DNA from: Bdellovibrionota bacterium
Lineage (GTDB): Bacteria > Bdellovibrionota_C > UBA2361
Direction of reading: 5' to 3'
Assembly (NCBI GenBank): GCA_044352465.1
Contig: JBILDU010000079.1
Coordinates: 1-14,523 of the forward strand
DNA: 14,523 nucleotides
In this document: positions 1 to 8,153 of the stretch, one piece after another
Position numbering within the stretch: the first letter of the stretch is position 1
How the letters are laid out: the number at the start of each line of letters is the position of its first letter
Notes under the pieces: generated by a model
Seen by the model: only the letters and a program-made list of their open reading frames with translations
What the model was told of the DNA's origin: nothing
The model's database searches: none
Position numbers and translations under genes: made by a program

Positions 1-1
1 C

Positions 2-511
2 GTCAAGCCAGGGGGGCGGGCGGCGAGTATGGAGGCGCAACCCAAGGTCGATGAGGATTTCATTCGGGCATTCGTGGAGGACGAGAGTCGGAAGGCAGAG
101 CGGATGCTCTTTACCAAAACGGCGTGCTATTTGTGTCACGAGGTCTCAACGAAGGATGTCAGCGACGATCAGCTTCGTGAGGAGGGGGGGAGTCGATACG
201 AGGTATTAAAGCCCCAGATTCCAGAGGTTTGGATGCCGGAGGCGATCTTTAGCCACGGTGCGCATGAAGAGGTCAGTTGTGAGAGCTGCCATGAGGGTGC
301 TCGAAGCTCAACCCAAACGAGCGACGTTTTGTTGCCAAAGGTCGATTCGTGTCGTACCTGTCATAGCGCTCTTGGTGGGCAGCATCCAACAGGCGGCCAC
401 TCAACGGTGAGGAGCGATTGCATTATGTGCCATTCCTTCCACGAGTCGCTCCTGATGGATCTTGATAGGAAGCATTCGATTGCGGATATCGTCGGCCGTC
501 CGGTGCGGTGA
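2..511 (+). CDS. C-terminal part of a multiheme c-type cytochrome (cytochrome c3/c7-like); 5'-truncated by the window
   Basis: The frame is open from position 2 (VKPGGRAASMEAQ...), so ATG 29 is probably internal. Four CXXCH motifs: CYLCH (125), CESCH (278), CRTCH (350), CIMCH (419). An F-S-H-x-x-H motif (FSHGAH) precedes CESCH, typical of c3/c7-type distal ligands. Stop TGA at 509-511. Confidence 0.9.
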   Translation, partial: VKPGGRAASMEAQPKVDEDFIRAFVEDESRKAERMLFTKTACYLCHEVSTKDVSDDQLREEGGSRYEVLKPQIPEVWMPEAIFSHGAHEEVSCESCHEGARSSTQTSDVLLPKVDSCRTCHSALGGQHPTGGHSTVRSDCIMCHSFHESLLMDLDRKHSIADIVGRPVR

Positions 512-567
512 CCGATGATTCTGTGGGGAAGCTCACGGTGTAGTTTTTGGCGATGGGGCGAGTAACC

Positions 568-2532
568 ATGAAATCCACGTTTGCGCTTGAGTCACTCCGG
601 CATGCTCTTCGGCTCAGTGCTCTGGCGCTGAGCCTCGCTGGGTGTGGGGGCGGAGGCGGCGGTGGTGGTGAAGGGGGCGGTGATTCTCGGGGTGGCTCAA
701 CGAGCGCTGACTTCGGGTGCACCGGCGGTTGTGCCAATCTGAATCTCTCAGCCGATGAGGTGCGTACGATCATAGCGAACGGTGTCCAGGGTGCAGAGAC
801 GCTTGGAACCGCTGCGACTTTCGCCGTTGTCGATCGAGTTGGCAACGTGCTCGCGGTCTATCAGATGGCGGGCGCGCCCGGAGGCGCCTCTATCAACGGT
901 CAGATCGGAGCGACCGGAGGGCTCGAAGGATTGACGGTCCCGGCTACCCTTGCGGCGATTTCGAAGGCGGGAACCGGGGCGTACCTCAGTAGCCAGGGGA
1001 ACGCGTTCTCAACCCGAACGGCGAGCCAGATCATTCAAGAAAACTTTAATCCGCAGGAGCGCAACCAGCCGGGTGGGCCTCTTTTTGGGGTGCAGTTCTC
1101 GCAGCTTTTGTGTGGGGATGTGGTGGCGCACAACTCGGCCGCGGGTGGACGGGGAAGGTTCAATGCCGGTGGCTCCATCGGTCCACGCCCTTTGCCTCTC
1201 GGTCTCTCCGCAGATCCCGGCGGCCTGCCCCTTTATAAGAACGGGGATCTCGTGGGCGGAGTCGGGGTTGAGTTCGACTCCCTTTATACTATCGATCGAG
1301 TGGTTACTGATACCGATGACGATCCCGAGGAGCGGGTGGCGCTTTTTGCGACTCGTGGGTTCGGGGCGCCGTCTGCCCGAACCGCTGCCAATATGAATGT
1401 CGGCGGTAAGGCATTGCGTTTCACGGACCTTGGCTACAACGACCTCGCACTCACTGTCGCCGCCTTGCCGCCGCTCGATCCCGCCGGTTTCGTGCGGGTC
1501 GGCGGATTCACGAACGGCGCGGTGCGTGATGGTGCTGTCTTTGGGGAGCCCTCCTCCGGAGTCGCCAAGACGGCACGTGGAGGGATGCCGGCGGCGATTC
1601 TGGTCGATGGTGGGGGGAATAACCGATTTCCACCACAGAACGGAAGTGTGCTGCCCGGGGGGGCGGAGCTTAAAAGTAACGAGGTTGATGCGCTTCTTAA
1701 CTCGGCCCTGCTGACCGCTTTTCGAGCGCGGGCAGCGATTCGGCGGCCCCTCGACGACGCCGCCCGGGTCTCAATCTGGGTAATTGACTCGACCGGTCGG
1801 CCGCTCGGATTCATTCGGAGCGAGGATGCGCCGGTTTTCGGTATCGATGTGGCGCTGCAAAAAGCTCGGGCCGCGGTTGTTTTTAGTCGGCCGAATGCGG
1901 CTGCCCAGCTCTCCGCAGCGGGCCTTGGGGGTTATGTGGCGGCGGCTCAAGGGGTGCTCGGTAGCGACGCTTTTGCGAACGGTCGGGCGTTTGCGAATCG
2001 AAGTGTGGGGAACTTAGCGCGTCCGTTCTTTGTCGATGGGATCAATGGGAACGGAAACGGCCCCCTGTCGTTGCCCTTTCCCGGTAGCGGAGTAGGGGAG
2101 TCGTGGAGTCCTTTTAATACCGGACTACAGCTGGACTTCGTTTTGGGGGGGCTGGCGGCCGCGTTGGGCGGGGGAGCACCTGCGAGCTGTGGCAACACCG
2201 GAGTGTTCGGCCCGGCTGCGGCGAACGGTATTCAGATCTTTCCGGGCTCGGTTCCACTCTATCGGGGGACAACTCTTATTGGAGCTATCGGGGTTTCGGG
2301 GGATGGAATCGATCAAGATGATCTGATCGCCTTTTATGGGTCAAGTCGTCAGGGACTCGATGACTCGGGTAATGGGGGAGTCGGGGATTCGATGTATGGC
2401 TTTAATGCGCCGATTGAGATTCGCGCCGATGTGCCGGAGCTGTTAGTTCAAGGAGCGCGACTTCGCTACGTCAACTGCCCTGAGGCACCGTTCCGTGGCG
2501 ACAACAGCCAGAACGTATGCGATAGATTTTAG
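568..2532 (+). CDS. Lipoprotein with two GlcG/HbpS-like (Haem_degrading family) domains
   Basis: Signal peptide MKSTFALESLRHALRLSALALSLAG-C has a lipobox LAGC (Cys codon 643-645), followed by a poly-Gly linker. Domain 1: AVVDRVGNVLAVYQM...AISKAGTG...PGGLPLYKNGDLVGGVGV. Domain 2: VSIWVIDSTGRPLG...VALQKARAA...FPGSVPLYRGTTLIGAIGVSGDGIDQDDLIA. The start could instead be TTG 547 or ATG 553. Confidence 0.85.
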   Translation: MKSTFALESLRHALRLSALALSLAGCGGGGGGGGEGGGDSRGGSTSADFGCTGGCANLNLSADEVRTIIANGVQGAETLGTAATFAVVDRVGNVLAVYQMAGAPGGASINGQIGATGGLEGLTVPATLAAISKAGTGAYLSSQGNAFSTRTASQIIQENFNPQERNQPGGPLFGVQFSQLLCGDVVAHNSAAGGRGRFNAGGSIGPRPLPLGLSADPGGLPLYKNGDLVGGVGVEFDSLYTIDRVVTDTDDDPEERVALFATRGFGAPSARTAANMNVGGKALRFTDLGYNDLALTVAALPPLDPAGFVRVGGFTNGAVRDGAVFGEPSSGVAKTARGGMPAAILVDGGGNNRFPPQNGSVLPGGAELKSNEVDALLNSALLTAFRARAAIRRPLDDAARVSIWVIDSTGRPLGFIRSEDAPVFGIDVALQKARAAVVFSRPNAAAQLSAAGLGGYVAAAQGVLGSDAFANGRAFANRSVGNLARPFFVDGINGNGNGPLSLPFPGSGVGESWSPFNTGLQLDFVLGGLAAALGGGAPASCGNTGVFGPAAANGIQIFPGSVPLYRGTTLIGAIGVSGDGIDQDDLIAFYGSSRQGLDDSGNGGVGDSMYGFNAPIEIRADVPELLVQGARLRYVNCPEAPFRGDNSQNVCDRF

Positions 2533-2550
2533 GATCTCGGCTCGAACGGT

Positions 2551-4365
2551 ATGAAAGGGATGAAGAGCGACGGCAGCGTTTTTTTCTTCGGGGTGGTAAC
2601 GCGACTTTTCGGCATCGGCTGTGGGGTATGGCTGGGTTTCGTCGCGCCGGTTGACGCTGAAGAGGGAGTCCCTGCGGCGACACCGGAGGTTCTTGAGGAC
2701 TCGGTTCCGCGCGATTCTCGTCTGCGTCAGCGCCCAGGGGAGGAGTCCAGGCCGGTGCAGTTCCCCCAATACATTTACGAGGTGATTCCAGACATCGAGA
2801 GCTCGGCCTCTGATTTTGCGCCGGTGTTCGATCGGTGGCGACAGTTTTATGCCGGCAAGTGGTACGATCCCTATAATCAGAATGTTTTGAAGGGGGATAT
2901 CCCGGTCTTTGGGGATCCGGCTCATCCGTGGTTCTTTGAGCTATCGATGATTTCGGACACCCTTTTCGAGGCGCGGCGACTGCCTATTCCGGTGGGGGGG
3001 GCCTCGACGGATAAGCCCCAATCGACCGATACGTTTGGCTCGGGAGATCAGTGGGTCGTGGCGGAGAATTTTGTCTTCTCGCTGGTCCTGTTCCAGGGCA
3101 ATACGAGCTTCAAGCCCCAAGATATCGAGTTTCGCGCGGTCCCGGTGGTGAGCGCGAATTATGCTGACGCTGACGAAGATGGCGCGCTCCGGGCCGATCC
3201 CACGCGCGGCACGACCCGTGGTGATAGCCATGTGGGTTTCCTTGAGTTGTTCGCTGATGTCCATTTGGCGAATATCACCGACCGGTACGATTTTGTGTCC
3301 ACCCGGGTAGGTATTCAGAAATTTAATAGCGATTTTCGTGGGTTTATTTTCAATGACGAGGCCCCCGGGGTGCGCTTTTTCGGGAACCACGACAATAACC
3401 TGTGGCAGTACAACCTCGGATGGTTCAATCGACTCGATAAAGACACGAATACCGGTGTGAATACTTTTCACAATCGCTATGAGCAGGTGATGGTGGCAAA
3501 CCTCTATCGGCAAGATAAGCCGGTCTTAGGTCACCAGATTCAAGGTAGTATCGTTCACCGCATCGATAACGCGGGGGACCACGGGCAGCACTACGATAAT
3601 AACGGTTTTCTCGTTCGGCCGGCTGCCATCGGTGATGAGCGGGATAAAAATATCCAATCGACCTATTTCGGGCTTACCGGAGACGGTCACTTCGATCGAA
3701 TCAATTCAACGGCGGCTTTTTACTACGTGACTGGCAGTGAGAGTCACAACCAGATCGCGGGACAGCAGGTCGATATCAACGCGGCGATGGCTGCGCTTGA
3801 GCTCTCGTACGATCGCAACTGGATGAGGTTCCGGACGTCGTTTTTCTGGGCTTCAGGTGACCGCGATCCGTTTGATGGTGATGCTGAAGGGTTCGATGCT
3901 ATTTTCGATGTGCCCAATTTCGCGGGGGGCGATCTCTCGTTTTGGCAACGCCAAGGTATCCCACTGATCGGTGGTGGTGGGGTGAATTTGGTTAACCGGA
4001 ATAGTCTCTTACCGAATCTACGCCCTGGCAAAGAGGAGGGGCAGTCGAATTTTGTAAACCCTGGACTCCGTCTGGTGAATCTCGGTGTTGATTTCGAACT
4101 CACACCGAAGCTTAAGTTGATAAATAACGTGAGCTATCTCCAGTTCGATGACACCAGCTCGCTTGAAGCGGTGCGCCAAGATGGAAGTATCGGTCGAGAC
4201 ATCGGATTCGACATATCGACGGGGCTACTTTATCGACCATTCCTCAATAACAACGTTCAGTTTCGGTTCGGGGGGGCGCTCCTCTTACCGGAGAAGGGGC
4301 TGGAGAACCTCTTCGGTGATAAGCGGCTGTACGATGTATTCACAAACGTAATCCTCCAGTACTAA
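2551..4365 (+). CDS. Predicted outer-membrane beta-barrel protein (porin/export-channel-like), function unknown
   Basis: N-terminal hydrophobic stretch with a probable VDA|EE cleavage site. Many alternating amphipathic strands rich in aromatics, Asn, Asp and Gly (WQYNLGWFNR, STYFGLTGDG, AALELSYD, FRTSFFWASG, LVNLGVDFEL, FDISTGLLY, VQFRFGGALL). Ends in VFTNVILQY with a terminal aromatic residue, BAM beta-signal-like. No CXXCH. Alternative start ATG 2560. Confidence 0.75.
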   Translation: MKGMKSDGSVFFFGVVTRLFGIGCGVWLGFVAPVDAEEGVPAATPEVLEDSVPRDSRLRQRPGEESRPVQFPQYIYEVIPDIESSASDFAPVFDRWRQFYAGKWYDPYNQNVLKGDIPVFGDPAHPWFFELSMISDTLFEARRLPIPVGGASTDKPQSTDTFGSGDQWVVAENFVFSLVLFQGNTSFKPQDIEFRAVPVVSANYADADEDGALRADPTRGTTRGDSHVGFLELFADVHLANITDRYDFVSTRVGIQKFNSDFRGFIFNDEAPGVRFFGNHDNNLWQYNLGWFNRLDKDTNTGVNTFHNRYEQVMVANLYRQDKPVLGHQIQGSIVHRIDNAGDHGQHYDNNGFLVRPAAIGDERDKNIQSTYFGLTGDGHFDRINSTAAFYYVTGSESHNQIAGQQVDINAAMAALELSYDRNWMRFRTSFFWASGDRDPFDGDAEGFDAIFDVPNFAGGDLSFWQRQGIPLIGGGGVNLVNRNSLLPNLRPGKEEGQSNFVNPGLRLVNLGVDFELTPKLKLINNVSYLQFDDTSSLEAVRQDGSIGRDIGFDISTGLLYRPFLNNNVQFRFGGALLLPEKGLENLFGDKRLYDVFTNVILQY

Positions 4366-4373
4366 GGCGGTCT

Positions 4374-7300
4374 ATGGCGGCAGGCGGGCGTACGATGCAC
4401 AGAGTCCTCTGGATTACGATGGCAGTGTGGTTTGCTCTCTCCACTCGTATGGCCGGAGCGGAGAACGCTCCCGTCGTTATGCCGACCGTTGAGGTGATTC
4501 GACCTGGGCTGACCATGGCTCACATGGCCGAGCAGAGCCGCGGTTGCCAGGATTGCCATGTGAAGACCGACGCGCCGACGATGCACCATAATCCCGGTGT
4601 GGTGATCGGATGCGCTGACTGTCACGGGGGAGATCCGCAGGTCCGCGCTGACGGGCTGGCGATGAGCTCTCCCGAATATCAGACCGCGAAGCTGAAAGCT
4701 CACGTACAGCCGAAATATCCGGAGAACTTTCCAACCTCGGCTAATCCGCAGCATACCTATTCGAAGCTCCTCCAAGAGCCCGCCGAGTTTGTCAAGTTCA
4801 TGAATCCGGGGGATCTGCGGGTTGCCCGTGAAACGTGTGGTGGGTGTCACGCCAAGATCGTTCATGCGGTTGAGCGGAGTATCATGACGACGTCGGCGAT
4901 GTTGTGGGGAGGAGCCTCCTATAACAACAATATCTTGCCGTACAAGAATTACGTCTTGGGTGAGAGCTACGATCGAGACGGCCAGCCCCGTTCGATCACG
5001 GCCACGACCGCACCGACTGCGGCAGAAGCGGCACGCGGGGTCTTGCCGAAAATCGTACCGCTCCCTCAATGGGAGGTGGTCAAACCGGGTGACGTGTTTC
5101 GCGTCTTCGAGCGAGGGGGGCTTTTCATCAAGAGCACGTTTCCGGAAATCGGTCTCCCGAATCCTTTCGAGGAGCCTGGCAAGCCAGATATTCGTGCCTC
5201 AAACCGCGGCCCGGGAACGGGCGCGCGGATCTCGGTCCCGGTTATCAATATTCACAAGACGCGGCTAAACGATCCGCATCTCTCGATGCTGGGGACGAAC
5301 GACCATCCGGGGGATTACCGCTCGAGTGGATGTACGGCGTGTCACTCAGTGTATGCCAATGATCGTGACCCCCGACACTCGGGGCCCTACGCGCAGTTTG
5401 GACATGAAGGCAAGACTCAGACGGTCGATCCGACCATTCCAAAAGATGAGGAGGGGCATCCGCTCAAGCATGAATTCACTCGGGCAATCCCGACTTCTCA
5501 GTGCATGGTGTGTCACATGCACCAACCGAATATGTTCGTAAACTCCTACCTCGGATATACGATGTGGGACTACGAGTCCGATGCGCCGAAGATGTGGCCC
5601 GAAAAGCAGAAGTACCCCACCAACGAAGAGCTCTATAAATCCTATTACAGTAATCCCGAAGGGGCCGCCGCCCTCGGTAAATGGTCGGATAAGGACTTCT
5701 TAAAGAAAGTCAGTGAGCTGAATCCAACTCTTAAGGATACCCAGTTTGCTGACTACCACGGTCACGGCTGGAACTTTCGCGCTATCTTTAAAAAGGATCG
5801 GAAAGGTCGTCTCCTCGATAAAGACGATAAACTGATCGATTTCAACGATCCGAAGAAGTTCCAGAAAGCGGTCCATATGGCTGACATCCATGTCGATAAG
5901 GGCCTCCACTGTATGGATTGTCACTTTGAGCAGGACTCGCATAACGACGGCAACATATACGGAGAAGTGGCTCAGGCGGTGGAGATCGGATGTGAGGACT
6001 GTCACGGAACGGTGCAGTCGAAGGCTACCCTTATTACCTCAGGTCCGGCATCAAAGGGGAGAGATCTCAGTCTGATGCGTACTCCCTTTGGCGAACTGCG
6101 CTTTCAGTGGCGGAACGGGGAGCTCTATCAACGCTCAAGCCTCACGCGCGGCCTCGAGTGGCGGGTTGATCAGGTCCGAGATTCGGTAGACCCGCAGAGC
6201 CCGCATTACAACGCGAAGTCGTCGCGCGCGAAGACTGTCGGACGGATCCCGGCGGGGGAGACCGAAGCGGGGTGGGTCGATCTGAAGACGCTCGACGGGG
6301 CGAAAGAGCCGAGTAAGGTGCTTGCTCATGCGAACGAGAATCTCTCTTGTTTTGCCTGTCATAGCTCGTGGGTGACGAGTTGTGCCGGATGCCACCTTCC
6401 GATTGAGGCCAACTGGAAGAAAGAGTCGAATCATTACGACGGGAAGACGACGCGAAATTGGGCGACCTACAATCCGCAGGTGGCACGCGATGACATGTTC
6501 CAGATTGGACGACACGGTCCGGCGAAGAATTTCAAGATCGTGCCGGTGCGGTCATCGAGCGCGCTGGTTTTGAGCTCGACCGATATCAATCGAAACAAGA
6601 TCTATATTCAGCAACCGCCCACCGCGGCTTCGGGGCATAGTTCGCAGGCATTTGCGCCTCATTTCCCTCACACGGTTCGAACGAAAGAAACGAAGCAGTG
6701 TGAGGACTGTCACGTTTCGAAAGCGGGGGACAATAACGCCATTATGGCGCAACTCCTCCTGCAAGGGACGAATTTCGTAAACTTTATGGGGTATAACGCC
6801 TGGGTTGCCACCGGTGATGCGGGACTCGCCGCTGTCCAGGTAACCGAGTGGACTGAACCCCAGGCGGTTATCGGTAGTTTTCTCCATCGGTATGCGTATC
6901 CGGATTTTTATAAGGCGCACGAGGAGAGCGGTCGTGAGCTTAAAGAGTACCACACCCATCACGGGGCGGGTGGGGTAACGAATACGGTGCAGCTGCGCGG
7001 TGAGTATCTTTATTCCACTGCCGGCGAAGGTGGCTTCAGGGTGTACGACGTCGCCAATATAGCGAATAAAAACTTTTCGGAGCGTATTGTGACGGCACCG
7101 GTGTCGCCACTGGGTCAAGACACCCATGTTGACTCCCCGAATGCGACGTCTTTCGCACTGCCGACCAATATGCCGGTAGCGCCGTTTCGAGAGGTCTTGA
7201 AAGAGAATCTGGAGACACCACTGCACGCCATCTATCACTACGCTTTCATCACTGATAGCGAGGAAGGGCTGATCGTGGTGAATGTGGACACCCTCCAAGA

Positions 7301-8084
7301 TGGCGACCCACTCAATAATTTTCTCCGTCGGGCGATAACGTGGAATGAAGGTGGAGTGCTCACAGGGGCGAAGCATATTTCGATGGGCGGCGCGCGCGCC
7401 TATGTCGCGACGGCGGATAAGGTGGTTTTTCTCGATCTCGATGATCCGTTAAAGCCCCGGGTCATTGCGACGTTGCCGTTCAATGCCCCTCGGGCAACCG
7501 CCCTCCAGTTCCGTTATCTCTTCGTCACCGACAAGGATGGATTCCATGTCGTTGATGTCACAAGCCCGGAGAGGCCGATGAAGGTAGCGGGAGCCTCGGT
7601 GCCGCTAAGCGATGCTCACGGAATCTATGTGGCGAGAACGTATGCCTATGTGGCTGGAGGAGCGGAGGGGCTTGTTATCGTTGATGTAGAGAAGCCCCAC
7701 ATCCCGAAGGTGTATATGCGTTTCACCGATGGTGGAAAAATCAACGATGTACGGGATGTGAAGGTGGCGAGCACGAATGCGAGTCTGTTTGCTTATGTGG
7801 CTGATGGAGTGAACGGGCTCAAGGTCCTACAACTTACCGATCCTGATCGTGTGCCGGCGTATTACGGATTCTCACCGGAGGTCCAACCGGAAGTGATTGC
7901 TCATCATAAGACGCATGGGCCGGCGCTTGCGATTTCGAAGGGGCTTGATCGAGACCGGGCAGTCGATGAGACGGGGCACCAGGTCAGCGTATTTGGTCGT
8001 CTGGGGTCTCGACCGTTTACCGCAGAGGAGATGCGCAAGATGTATCTGACGAGGGAAGGGAAGCTCTTTGCCGTCAAGAATTGA
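4374..8084 (+). CDS. Exported decaheme c-type cytochrome fused to a C-terminal LVIVD-repeat beta-propeller
   Basis: Sec-type signal (MHRVLWITMAVWFALSTRMAGA|EN; alternative start ATG 4395). Ten CXXCH motifs begin at nt 4545, 4611, 4836, 5331, 5502, 5910, 5991, 6348, 6381 and 6699. About seven LVIVD-like repeats follow, e.g. YLYSTAGEGGFRVYDV, YAFITDSEEGLIVVNV, YLFVTDKDGFHVVDVTSPERP, YAYVAGGAEGLVIVDVEKP, FAYVADGVNGLKVLQLTDP. Confidence 0.92.
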   Translation: MAAGGRTMHRVLWITMAVWFALSTRMAGAENAPVVMPTVEVIRPGLTMAHMAEQSRGCQDCHVKTDAPTMHHNPGVVIGCADCHGGDPQVRADGLAMSSPEYQTAKLKAHVQPKYPENFPTSANPQHTYSKLLQEPAEFVKFMNPGDLRVARETCGGCHAKIVHAVERSIMTTSAMLWGGASYNNNILPYKNYVLGESYDRDGQPRSITATTAPTAAEAARGVLPKIVPLPQWEVVKPGDVFRVFERGGLFIKSTFPEIGLPNPFEEPGKPDIRASNRGPGTGARISVPVINIHKTRLNDPHLSMLGTNDHPGDYRSSGCTACHSVYANDRDPRHSGPYAQFGHEGKTQTVDPTIPKDEEGHPLKHEFTRAIPTSQCMVCHMHQPNMFVNSYLGYTMWDYESDAPKMWPEKQKYPTNEELYKSYYSNPEGAAALGKWSDKDFLKKVSELNPTLKDTQFADYHGHGWNFRAIFKKDRKGRLLDKDDKLIDFNDPKKFQKAVHMADIHVDKGLHCMDCHFEQDSHNDGNIYGEVAQAVEIGCEDCHGTVQSKATLITSGPASKGRDLSLMRTPFGELRFQWRNGELYQRSSLTRGLEWRVDQVRDSVDPQSPHYNAKSSRAKTVGRIPAGETEAGWVDLKTLDGAKEPSKVLAHANENLSCFACHSSWVTSCAGCHLPIEANWKKESNHYDGKTTRNWATYNPQVARDDMFQIGRHGPAKNFKIVPVRSSSALVLSSTDINRNKIYIQQPPTAASGHSSQAFAPHFPHTVRTKETKQCEDCHVSKAGDNNAIMAQLLLQGTNFVNFMGYNAWVATGDAGLAAVQVTEWTEPQAVIGSFLHRYAYPDFYKAHEESGRELKEYHTHHGAGGVTNTVQLRGEYLYSTAGEGGFRVYDVANIANKNFSERIVTAPVSPLGQDTHVDSPNATSFALPTNMPVAPFREVLKENLETPLHAIYHYAFITDSEEGLIVVNVDTLQDGDPLNNFLRRAITWNEGGVLTGAKHISMGGARAYVATADKVVFLDLDDPLKPRVIATLPFNAPRATALQFRYLFVTDKDGFHVVDVTSPERPMKVAGASVPLSDAHGIYVARTYAYVAGGAEGLVIVDVEKPHIPKVYMRFTDGGKINDVRDVKVASTNASLFAYVADGVNGLKVLQLTDPDRVPAYYGFSPEVQPEVIAHHKTHGPALAISKGLDRDRAVDETGHQVSVFGRLGSRPFTAEEMRKMYLTREGKLFAVKN

Positions 8085-8130
8085 AAAGGGGCGGAAAAAG
8101 GAGCCCTTCCGGCTGGGTAAATGATCCTCC

Positions 8131-8153
8131 GACCCCCAGTTAACCGGGGGGTC
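8131..8153. other. GC-rich inverted repeat between convergent genes (possible terminator or RNA-stabilising hairpin)
   Basis: GACCCCC-agttaaccg-GGGGGTC has 7-bp arms, overlaps the stop codon of the minus-strand glycosyltransferase, and starts 47 nt after the cytochrome operon stop. No clear U-tract on either strand. Confidence 0.3.

Noticed and set aside
423..845. Minus-strand 140-aa ORF with a poly-proline run
   Set aside because: It is the antisense shadow of the poly-Gly linker of the lipoprotein gene.
950..7376. Numerous overlapping alternative-frame and antisense ORFs (e.g. 4362-5069, 6552-7376, 2941-3513)
   Set aside because: All lie largely or wholly inside strongly supported plus-strand genes and have no motifs; long shadow ORFs are expected at this GC content.
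2551..8084. Calling the barrel and decaheme mtrB/mtrA or mtrC
   Set aside because: The heme count matches, but heme spacing, size, the LVIVD fusion and the lack of a lipobox do not fit MtrA or MtrC, and the barrel shows no MtrB features I can recognise.
8085..8110. Possible intrinsic terminator AAGGGGC...GCCCTT right after the cytochrome gene
   Set aside because: The stem is short and bulged with a 10-nt loop and no U-tract on the plus strand; too weak to call.
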